Source: an uncultured Bdellovibrio sp. (GTDB lineage: Bacteria > Bdellovibrionota > Bdellovibrionia > Bdellovibrionales > Bdellovibrionaceae). From it: a stretch of 13,335 nt of DNA. Under the pieces are notes generated by a model. It ran no database searches. It saw nothing but the letters and a program-made list of their open reading frames with translations, and had not been told where the DNA came from. Shown here piece after piece: positions 1 through 7,233 of the stretch. The stretch's first letter is position 1. Each line of letters starts with the position of its first letter. Location: positions 1-13,335 of the forward strand of contig CAWVRN010000051.1 in the NCBI GenBank assembly GCA_963932905.1. Reading direction: 5' to 3'. The translations under genes were made by a program, and so were the position numbers.

Positions 1-2
1 AA

Positions 3-239
3 TTTAAAGGTCGAGCAAGCGCCATCGTGGGTCAGGGTGAGTTGAAGAAGGTTGGGTTTGACCCGTTGTTTGCGATTAACCATACGTGCGCGACTTTAAG
101 AGCTAGGACTTGTAGATTGATCCGAAGAACTTGGTGCACTACGAAGAAGCCGGAAATGCTTAAATTACATTTGGCGATAGTGTGTCTTCATCATAATTTG
201 AATTTAAAGAAATTAAATCTCCCCTTAGCTGCAGGCTAA
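3..239 (+). CDS. 3' end (partial) of IS1/IS1595-like transposase-related protein
   Basis: Frame 3 is open from the window edge: FKGRASAIVGQGELKKVGFDPLFAINHTCATLRARTCRLIRRTWCTTKKPEMLKLHL...HHN...; INHTCATLR...RLIRRTWCTTKK resembles the IS1 InsB C-terminus (IERHNLNLR...RLGRKSLSFSKS). The listed GTG start at 27 is probably internal. Confidence 0.6.
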   Translation, partial: FKGRASAIVGQGELKKVGFDPLFAINHTCATLRARTCRLIRRTWCTTKKPEMLKLHLAIVCLHHNLNLKKLNLPLAAG

Positions 240-1078
240 GGGGCCAGTTCTTTAAGGATAAATTCAGTGACCGCATTGACTACCAGAGGATCTTTTAAAA
301 TTCTTCGATGACCCAATCCTGTTGTCATCATAAATTCAATGCTTGGCCAATTTTTTTTAATGTCTTCGGCGGCGCGAACAGTAACTTCTTTGTCTTCCTT
401 GTCGTGAACAACCATAGCTTTTAAGTTAGGAACTTGATTTCCGATAACTCCGACATTCATTTCTGTGACAGGTAGTTTTACTCGTTCTCCCAAACTATCT
501 ATAAAATATTGACGTGCTTTAGGACTGATTTTGATCGCGTCCAAATAGTTTTTTACAACAAGTTCATAGCGTGAAGGTCCCGCTACCATAACAATCTTTT
601 TAACATTGAGACCGCGCGAAGCCGACAAAACAGCGCAGCCAGCACCAAATGAATGAGCAATGATGGAGTGATAGGGGCCAAGGGTTTTTTGAATATCAAT
701 CATAAACTGCGAGTATTCGCCGACGTGAGTAAACTTACCCGCAGAGTCTCCATGTGCGGGTCCATCTACAGCGACGACGCGAAAACCATTTCTTACCAGG
801 GGGGCAGCAAATGCGGCCATCTGAGTCCCTCGTCCGGCCCAGCCATGCACAAGTAATACAAGGGGGTTTTGCTGTTGGCCCCATTCAAACGCGGCGATGC
901 GATCGTCGATCTTATATTTTTTAGCTGTGCTAAAAAATTCAAATTCCGAAGGCGGTCGAGCAATTTTTTCGGGTGTTAAGAATAACATTTGGGCTACATG
1001 GGCGATGGTTTTTGGGAAAAATACAGATAGCGTTTGCCAAGACGCAATCCAAAGTTTTTGTGTCGGAGTTAGATTCAT
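236..1078 (-). CDS. Alpha/beta fold hydrolase (esterase/lipase-like)
   Basis: LLVHGWAG oxyanion motif, DGPAHGDS, nucleophile elbow AHSFG, HDKEDKEV acid, GLGH His. ATG at 1078 preferred over TTG at 1105. Confidence 0.9.
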   Translation of the reverse strand: MNLTPTQKLWIASWQTLSVFFPKTIAHVAQMLFLTPEKIARPPSEFEFFSTAKKYKIDDRIAAFEWGQQQNPLVLLVHGWAGRGTQMAAFAAPLVRNGFRVVAVDGPAHGDSAGKFTHVGEYSQFMIDIQKTLGPYHSIIAHSFGAGCAVLSASRGLNVKKIVMVAGPSRYELVVKNYLDAIKISPKARQYFIDSLGERVKLPVTEMNVGVIGNQVPNLKAMVVHDKEDKEVTVRAAEDIKKNWPSIEFMMTTGLGHRRILKDPLVVNAVTEFILKELAP

Positions 1079-1167
1079 ATGGGATGTATAGCTTAAACTG
1101 TTCAATATGACATTAATATTTTGTTCGACTAAATAGCCAGGCGACTTAGGTCCATAATTTCTAAAGC

Positions 1168-1198
1168 GGTCTTAAATTTAGATCCAAAAATCCGATTA
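1168..1198 (+). promoter_or_regulatory. Candidate sigma28 (FliA)-like promoter overlapping an imperfect palindrome
   Basis: TAAA (1173-1176) N14 TCCGATTA (1191-1198) versus consensus TAAA-N15-GCCGATAA; overlapped by TCTTA-AAT-TTAGA (1170-1182); 9 nt before ATG 1208. Confidence 0.35.
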
Positions 1199-1207
1199 AA
1201 AATCCAC

Positions 1208-2512
1208 ATGAAGCGCCTTTTGTTAATATTCCTATTGCTGCCTCTGAGTCTATCTAGCCAAACCAAAATTGAAGAGTATGATTCGTATTTAACTAAAATT
1301 GAAGACGGCCAATTGATTACCGTGTTTTCTGAGCCGGGCCAGAACTGGCGTTATTGCCCAAAAGTAATTGATCCCAAGACAAAAAAGGAAATCTGTCGGG
1401 ACGCCATTGGTTGGTTAGATAATCAATCTAAAGTCAGAATTGTAGGTAATCCTGAAATTCGGCCCGTGCAAGATCCTATCACCGGTGAATGGATAAATGA
1501 AGAGTATGTTAAGGTAGAATTTTTCTATGCACGTCTTGATGAAAATGGTGAGCTAGTTACCAATATGAAGAGTGGTTATATTGAAAAATACAATGTTTCC
1601 AATATTCCAATGACTCCATTTTATGCTGAACAAAAAGTTCGGGTGCCAAGTCCATCAGAACCTAAGCCAGTACCAATGCCGGCACCTCAGAAGGATTGTT
1701 CACAAAATGCTGAGCTAAAAGAAATTGAAAAACTTTGCCGTCCCATGAAGGACGCCTTGGAAAATTTGGGTGTTAATGATTCCGCCAAAATTTTAAATGA
1801 AGTCGTTGGGTTTTGCGCGACAAGCCCGCCGAATAAATTTCCTAAATCGCTTCCGACGGGTAATGCATACGATGCATTGGTGTACTCGAAATTAAAAAAG
1901 AAAAAAGTGCCTTTGTTAAAAAACGAAAACAAAGAATACATCACAATGGAAGACGTGGCGAATGTTGATGCCATGGCGCGCACACTGTATGGTGAAATGG
2001 CGCAATGTTATCGATATGGTTTGGAATATCCCATGACAGTCGCAAAAATAATCAAAAATAGAGCGTCCGAAGACGGAAAACGATATCGATCCGTCTTTAT
2101 ACAAGGTGATCACAGTGCGGGAAAATCTGATTTGATGAAAGTGGCTACGACACCAAGTCAGTTTTCCATGTGGCGAAGTGTGAAGGACAACGGGCCTCTT
2201 CATCACGGATTGTGTCCACCGCGCGAATTAGGAAAGCCATTTTATCGTAGTAAATCGGCGTCGAAATTTGAAAATGATATTTGGGTGAACACGATGAGGA
2301 TTGCGACTGAGGCAGTTTTATTTCCTACGCAATTTGCAAAGCGCACCCAAGATGTGACCGATTTTCATTACACATCGAATTTATCTCGATATAAAGGTAC
2401 CGACAAATTACCTAAAGGGGCAGCGTTCATCGAAAAAATGACTCATGTTCGTCCCACGATTGAAGGTCGAAAAGTAAATTACAATCGCTGTCTTGAAGTT
2501 TGGAAAATGTAA
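1208..2512 (+). CDS. Secreted SleB-like cell wall hydrolase (Hydrolase_2) with possible N-terminal SH3-like domain and Pro-rich linker
   Basis: Signal peptide MKRLLLIFLLLPLSLSS; linker VPSPSEPKPVPMPAP; Hydrolase_2 motif series DAMARTLYGEM (E263), VAKIIKNR, PSQFSMW, later FHY; 8 Cys. Confidence 0.7.
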   Translation: MKRLLLIFLLLPLSLSSQTKIEEYDSYLTKIEDGQLITVFSEPGQNWRYCPKVIDPKTKKEICRDAIGWLDNQSKVRIVGNPEIRPVQDPITGEWINEEYVKVEFFYARLDENGELVTNMKSGYIEKYNVSNIPMTPFYAEQKVRVPSPSEPKPVPMPAPQKDCSQNAELKEIEKLCRPMKDALENLGVNDSAKILNEVVGFCATSPPNKFPKSLPTGNAYDALVYSKLKKKKVPLLKNENKEYITMEDVANVDAMARTLYGEMAQCYRYGLEYPMTVAKIIKNRASEDGKRYRSVFIQGDHSAGKSDLMKVATTPSQFSMWRSVKDNGPLHHGLCPPRELGKPFYRSKSASKFENDIWVNTMRIATEAVLFPTQFAKRTQDVTDFHYTSNLSRYKGTDKLPKGAAFIEKMTHVRPTIEGRKVNYNRCLEVWKM

Positions 2513-2639
2513 ATACCTGAAAACCCGACCGATGTCGCGGGGCGCGTGATCTAATAAAAAAAGAAATGGTTTCTTTGGTCCACTAGTCGGTACATTTAGG
2601 TATGGGAACTATCGATCCGAATAGTTCAGCGGGAGTTGT

Positions 2640-3917
2640 ATGCGACTAGTTCATCCGAAGAAACAACAAGGAAAAAAAATTGTTGTAATTGTGGGAGCGG
2701 GATTTGCGGGTTTAAACGCAGCTAAATCTTTGGCCCTGTATCCAGAATTGTATGTCATTTTATTAGATCAGAAAAATCACCATCTATTTCAACCTCTCTT
2801 ATATCAAGTAGCCACTGCCGGTTTAAACCCAGGTGACATCGCCGTGCCAATCAGAAGCGAATTTTCTGGAAATGATAACGTCGAGGTTCATTTAGGCAAA
2901 GTTCAACGTGTGAATTTGGACACCCAAGATATCATGGGTTTTCAAGAAGATTTCAAACTACCATACGACTATTTGATTTTGGCTTGTGGAGCTCAAGATA
3001 ACTATTTTGGTAAAACAGCGTGGGAACAATTTGCTCCGGGATTGAAATCGTTAGGACAAGCAACTGAAATTCGTCGTCGTATTTTATCCGCGTTTGAAAC
3101 CGCCGAGAATGAATTAAATTATGAAAATCTGCATCCGCTATTGACATTTGTTGTTGTGGGAGGTGGGCCAACCGGAGTTGAATTGGCTGGAGCCATTGCG
3201 GACATTGCGAAAACGGTTTTAGTTCGTGATTTCCGCAGAATTAATCCTACGCAAGCGAAAGTTATTTTGATTGAAGCCAGCCCTAGAATCTTGTCGGCAT
3301 TTTCTGAAGAGCTTTCGTCCAAAGCACAAAAAGATTTGAATACATTGGGTGTCGAAGTCAAAACGGGAACGCGCGTTCAGGATATCAACGCCGATGGCGT
3401 GACGATCGAAAAAGAATTTATCCCGACGAAAAGTGTGTTCTGGGCCGCTGGAGTTCAAGCCAGTAAACTGGATTTTGTGCAAACTATTGAACATGACAAA
3501 GGCGGGCGTATCCGAGTTCTTAAAGATTTATCGATTCCAGGGTTTCGAAATGCATTTGTTATGGGCGATATGGCTGCCGTAGAAATGGGTGAAGGTAAAT
3601 TCGTACCAGGTCTGGCACCTGCGGCTATCCAGCAAGGTAAATTTATCGCCAAAGTTTTAAGAGCCGATACATTAAGAAAGTCGCGTCCCGAATTTAAGTA
3701 TCTAGATAAAGGTATCATGGCGACGATCGGTAAAAATAAAGCCGTATTAGAAGCCGGATCTGTTAAGTTGACTGGGTATATCGCTTGGGTAGCCTGGTTG
3801 TTTATTCATGTATTTTTTTTGGTGGGTTTCAAAAATCGTATTGCTGTCATGCTATACTGGGCATGGAGTTATATTTTTTCAAAACGTGGCGCGCGATTAA
3901 TTATTGAAAAAAATTAG
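2640..3917 (+). CDS. ndh: Type II NADH:quinone oxidoreductase
   Basis: GAGFAG FAD motif, HHLFQPLLYQVATA, GGGPTGVELAG, ILIEA, WAAGV, GD, APAAIQQG, C-terminal membrane anchor AWVAWLFIH; GGGAG SD at 2631-2635. Confidence 0.93.
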   Translation: MRLVHPKKQQGKKIVVIVGAGFAGLNAAKSLALYPELYVILLDQKNHHLFQPLLYQVATAGLNPGDIAVPIRSEFSGNDNVEVHLGKVQRVNLDTQDIMGFQEDFKLPYDYLILACGAQDNYFGKTAWEQFAPGLKSLGQATEIRRRILSAFETAENELNYENLHPLLTFVVVGGGPTGVELAGAIADIAKTVLVRDFRRINPTQAKVILIEASPRILSAFSEELSSKAQKDLNTLGVEVKTGTRVQDINADGVTIEKEFIPTKSVFWAAGVQASKLDFVQTIEHDKGGRIRVLKDLSIPGFRNAFVMGDMAAVEMGEGKFVPGLAPAAIQQGKFIAKVLRADTLRKSRPEFKYLDKGIMATIGKNKAVLEAGSVKLTGYIAWVAWLFIHVFFLVGFKNRIAVMLYWAWSYIFSKRGARLIIEKN

Positions 3918-6175
3918 GATGCGTTTTTTTCTAATGTTAAATTTACCAACTCCTTTGTTGAAGGTAGTTTAAGAACTGTCGGTTCTGGGTAGTTTTTTGG
4001 TAATTGAAATTGATCGCGGTCAATATTTTGAACAGGATCATGAATTTGAAGCGATACGCTATCTTTCGTGATTTTAATTTGTACCGGATTTATGATGGCC
4101 TCTTTGATTAATGTAGTTTCTTTAGATCTTACTTCAACTTCAATAAATTCACGGGCCTGTGGTTTTGTGTTACCATTAATGGCAAAAGAAATTTCTTTTT
4201 CGATAGCTCGATTTAGCGGGTCGGCAGTAATTACTTCAATACTAAAGCTGGTGTTGTCAGCGCGGCCATTGGGAAACTGTCCAACCAGATAGATAGGAGC
4301 TTCACCAAATATCTTTGGCCTGTCGGCCATTGTTTTTTTTATTTGATTGGAAACGTGCAGAACTTGAGCCGCCTTGTAGTTACCCACGTTGGTGCCGGAG
4401 TATAAACGTAACCGCTGGCCTGACAGAAATTTATTGTAGGCGTCTTCTACGGAAGCACCTTTGGCTATTTCTTTTAGAACCTCTTCTTTAGCAACAAATA
4501 TTTGATTCGAAATCACATCTAACGCATCTCTGGGAGAAAGAACAGCAAGAATCTTTTTGAAAAATATCCCTTTTCTAACCCAAGCTTTCGTGTTGATTTC
4601 GGGATAGGCTTTCGAAATTTCTTGTTGCAGTAGATATTTGATATCCGATGGCAGATTCTTAAAAACGGGCACTAAGGCATTGAATAAAGAGTCGTTAAAT
4701 TGCGGATTTTTAATTGCGTCTTTGATAAATTTTTCCCATGCAGGTTTATAATTTAAAGCTAACAGTATTAATTTAATGGCTTCTTTGTTTGCCGCTATGG
4801 ACCCCGAATGGGAAGTCAATTTGTGAAGAATATCTAGGCGCTGGGAATCGTTAAGGGCTTGTACTGATTTGACAAGTTCTTTCGAGGTTGCTGAATCACT
4901 TTGTTTCTTTGCTGGTTTCACTAGGAGCGAAAAATCAGAAAGATGACTCTCTATTTGTGAAACCAACCAGGAAAAGTCACCGGGACTTTTTGATTTTTCT
5001 ACGGGGTTAAGTTTAGGTACATCTAGTTCGATTGATTTTAATGTGTAACGTTTAGGCCCTTCATAGTTGTATTCCATCAAAACGCTGTCTTTGTGCAGCG
5101 GTTGCACCGCTGAGTAAACTTCGACTTGAATTTCTGTTGGTGTAATTCGCAAGAAGAGCGGATTTATTTGTGCTGCGAAATGGGCTGTTGTTGTGGCCCA
5201 CATCGCTTCTACAGTGAATTTCGATGGAACGGGATACACTTTCATCGCTTGGTTTATAGACGCAGACATATCGTCTAAATAGGCGTGCAATTCCCGATGA
5301 GATAGGCGTGAGTCCAAATCTGTATCCGCAATTTTCGCACGGCCATTAGGGAAACTGCCGGTGATAGTAACCGAAGGGCCTTGTAAAGTTGAGGCTTTCT
5401 GTTGCAGAACTTTTTGAATGGCCTCCGCCACAGTCATAATTTCAGAGGTTGTATAATTTCCACGATCTGAATTTTTGAAAATGTCCGTGCGCAAGAATTT
5501 TAAATAGTTTTCGTACGACTTCAATGGATTTTGCGTAATTTCCACATCGTGACGGAACCATTCGTCCGGCTGGATGATATGCAGAATAAGTGCGTCGATA
5601 GAACGTTTGGGAGCTAAACGTAAATTCAAACGCAAAGGAAATCTTGTAAAATTCACTTTGCTGAGTTTTGAATACTTCGCCGTTACTTTGGCCAATACAT
5701 CGACCTTTAGTTCTTCCGGCATGGCACGAATCACAGGTATTAGTGAATTTACCATGGAATCATCCAGAAGCGGGCCTTTCATTGCGCGGTCTAGAAATTC
5801 GTTCCAAGTTGATCGCTCATACAGAGCTAGCAGAACTACTTTACGATAGGACGAACTTTTAGAATATACTTTGACAACACGTGCTTGTAGTTCCTCACGC
5901 GCAACCGGTGGCAGTTTAATAAACTCTTCAACAAGTAATTGTGTATAAGGTTCTGATTTTGGAAATGCCAACCAGTCAGAGCTATTTTTTAATTTCTCGC
6001 CAAGGGATTGGACTTTTTTGAAAAGTGCATCGGTATTTAGCGTAGGAGACGATGGATTAGGCGTTTGGTAAAATGCAACGCAGGTGCGCGCGTGATCGAT
6101 ATTCGTCAAAGCTGACACAGAAAAACTAAAGTTCAACAGAACTAAAGCTAAGGAGACGAATCGAGTATGTACCAC
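3914..6175 (-). CDS. Exported protein of two tandem units, each a helical region plus Pol-beta-like nucleotidyltransferase domain (about 753 aa)
   Basis: GTG at 6175 follows AGGAAGG at 5 nt spacing and opens a signal peptide (MVHTRFVSLALVLLNFSFSVSA); ITGSFPNGRAKIADTDLD in unit 1; LVGQFPNGRADNTSFSIE in unit 2, 359 codons later. The CDS is secure, the function is inferred. Confidence 0.7.
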   Translation of the reverse strand: MVHTRFVSLALVLLNFSFSVSALTNIDHARTCVAFYQTPNPSSPTLNTDALFKKVQSLGEKLKNSSDWLAFPKSEPYTQLLVEEFIKLPPVAREELQARVVKVYSKSSSYRKVVLLALYERSTWNEFLDRAMKGPLLDDSMVNSLIPVIRAMPEELKVDVLAKVTAKYSKLSKVNFTRFPLRLNLRLAPKRSIDALILHIIQPDEWFRHDVEITQNPLKSYENYLKFLRTDIFKNSDRGNYTTSEIMTVAEAIQKVLQQKASTLQGPSVTITGSFPNGRAKIADTDLDSRLSHRELHAYLDDMSASINQAMKVYPVPSKFTVEAMWATTTAHFAAQINPLFLRITPTEIQVEVYSAVQPLHKDSVLMEYNYEGPKRYTLKSIELDVPKLNPVEKSKSPGDFSWLVSQIESHLSDFSLLVKPAKKQSDSATSKELVKSVQALNDSQRLDILHKLTSHSGSIAANKEAIKLILLALNYKPAWEKFIKDAIKNPQFNDSLFNALVPVFKNLPSDIKYLLQQEISKAYPEINTKAWVRKGIFFKKILAVLSPRDALDVISNQIFVAKEEVLKEIAKGASVEDAYNKFLSGQRLRLYSGTNVGNYKAAQVLHVSNQIKKTMADRPKIFGEAPIYLVGQFPNGRADNTSFSIEVITADPLNRAIEKEISFAINGNTKPQAREFIEVEVRSKETTLIKEAIINPVQIKITKDSVSLQIHDPVQNIDRDQFQLPKNYPEPTVLKLPSTKELVNLTLEKNAS
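3959..4978 (-). repeat. Internal protein repeat unit 2 (degenerate NTase motif)
   Basis: Same collinear motifs as unit 1, with GS to GQ and DLD to SIE. Boundaries approximate. Confidence 0.88.
5033..6037 (-). repeat. Internal protein repeat unit 1 (intact NTase motif)
   Basis: Collinear with unit 2: LLAL, WNEF/WEKF, DDSMVNSLIPV/NDSLFNALVPV, LAPK/LSPR, GNY, FPNGRA, INP..IT, NYEGP/NYPEP. Boundaries approximate. Confidence 0.88.
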
Positions 6176-6401
6176 AAAATCCTTCCTGAAAGCATGACTA
6201 CAAATAAAACACAAAGACGCTTTTGGGCGCCTCAAATATATGTTAAAAGCGATTAAATTCCAATGGCATGGCCATAAACCATTAGGTGCATTTGACAATC
6301 TAATCTAAGAATTACCATTTTGCCGATAACTGGATTTGCGATTTGGGTGCCAAACAAAAATTTTCAATTCTCGATTTTTAGGGATTTTTTTAGCGTCGAC
6401 A

Positions 6402-6434
6402 TAAATAGAAAATGCACCATATCGATTTGGTGTA
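6402..6434 (-). terminator. Probable intrinsic terminator of the lipoprotein gene
   Basis: Minus strand reads TACACCA-AATCGATA-TGGTGCA then TTTTCTATTT, starting about 10 nt after the stop at 6444. The stem is short. Confidence 0.5.
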
Positions 6435-6443
6435 GGTCCCCAG

Positions 6444-7037
6444 TTAGTCTCCGATTTTTTTCAATTCGTAAACAAACCGATCGCTAGTTTGGCAGATTTC
6501 TAAGTCTTTTTCTGACCGTCCTAATGTGCGATATAGATGCATTGAGCCAGTTTTACTTTCTAAAGAAAGTTCTCCGACAGGAATGATATATTTAAATACG
6601 GGACTGGTAGTAAATTTTGCTTTTTTAGATTCACAGACGTCAGCCGCCGTGTCGCTGGTTTTAATTGCCGAAGGCGATGAAACTTCAATCCAATGCCCTG
6701 TTTTTTCCCATTGCTGAGTCACCGAATAGGAACATACCGCGGCATTGGTGCCTAGACCAGTAGACACTGTCGATACGACACCTTGGTTTTGAACTCTACT
6801 GATTGTTAGACTCAGTTGAGTTCCATTGGATTCATTGTTTAAGTTTGCATTGATAAAGTCGGCCATAGTTCCTAAAGCACCATTAGCGCATGAAATACGC
6901 ACAAGCTGCCAAGTTCCTTTAAAGTTAGGCGGAATTTTATTAGTACCTTCAACCGTAGATTCCTCTACCTGCGGTGATGTACACGCCGCCATCGCTAGCG
7001 CGATGAATGATACAAAAGTAAGACGAATTAGTGTCAT
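6444..7037 (-). CDS. Lipoprotein with possible lipocalin-like beta-barrel
   Basis: MTLIRLTFVSFIALAMAA-C lipobox; FKGTWQLV resembles the lipocalin GxW motif; beta-rich; four further Cys; AAAGGCAGG upstream of ATG 7037. Confidence 0.7.
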   Translation of the reverse strand: MTLIRLTFVSFIALAMAACTSPQVEESTVEGTNKIPPNFKGTWQLVRISCANGALGTMADFINANLNNESNGTQLSLTISRVQNQGVVSTVSTGLGTNAAVCSYSVTQQWEKTGHWIEVSSPSAIKTSDTAADVCESKKAKFTTSPVFKYIIPVGELSLESKTGSMHLYRTLGRSEKDLEICQTSDRFVYELKKIGD

Positions 7038-7060
7038 GATCCTGCCTTTGTGCAAATCCT

Positions 7061-7090
7061 ATTTTAGAAGTGAAAACTAAGCGATATCAA
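7061..7090 (-). promoter_or_regulatory. Candidate sigma70 promoter of the lipoprotein gene
   Basis: Minus strand TTGATA-N18-TAAAAT, ending 23 nt before ATG 7037. Confidence 0.45.
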
Positions 7091-7142
7091 GAAGCAACAG
7101 TTGTAAGAAATCAGATTTTTGCCCATATGCAGCGTTGATGTT

Positions 7143-7160
7143 ACCTAAATGACTTTAGGT
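7143..7160. promoter_or_regulatory. Perfect inverted repeat, candidate operator 1
   Basis: ACCTAAA-TGAC-TTTAGGT in the divergent intergenic region. Confidence 0.55.
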
Positions 7161-7161
7161 C

Positions 7162-7182
7162 CTGTTCTCTCAATGAGAACAG
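7162..7182. promoter_or_regulatory. Perfect inverted repeat, candidate operator 2
   Basis: CTGTTCTC-TCAAT-GAGAACAG, 1 nt from operator 1. Confidence 0.55.
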
Positions 7183-7197
7183 CGGTTATCATTTTGT

Positions 7198-7226
7198 TTG
7201 ACTCAATCGACGTATGCTTTCATCGT
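7198..7226 (+). promoter_or_regulatory. Candidate sigma70 promoter giving a leaderless regulator mRNA
   Basis: TTGACT-N17-CATCGT, then 7 nt to ATG 7234; no SD before that ATG. The -10 match is weak. Confidence 0.3.
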
Positions 7227-7233
7227 TTTAAAT

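Noticed and set aside
2524..2541. Hairpin CCCGAC-CGAT-GTCGCGGG as terminator of the SleB-like gene
   Set aside because: Bulged stem and no U-tract on the + strand.
4263..5359. Apparent compensating +1/-1 indel between the two motif-coding DNAs (GG-CAGTTTCCCTAATGGCCG versus GGACAGTTTCCC-AATGGCCG)
   Set aside because: The units are otherwise highly diverged; codon choice for the conserved FPNGR explains the match without a frameshift.
3914..6175. CBASS/CD-NTase or MNT-HEPN toxin-antitoxin system
   Set aside because: No Cap effector, E1/E2/JAB, HORMA or HEPN neighbour; the protein has a signal peptide and no long helical lobe C-terminal to the NTase core.
6176..6298. 41-aa N-terminal extension of the 794-aa ORF
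   Set aside because: An SD plus GTG at 6175 leads directly into a signal peptide; the extension looks like translated intergenic DNA.
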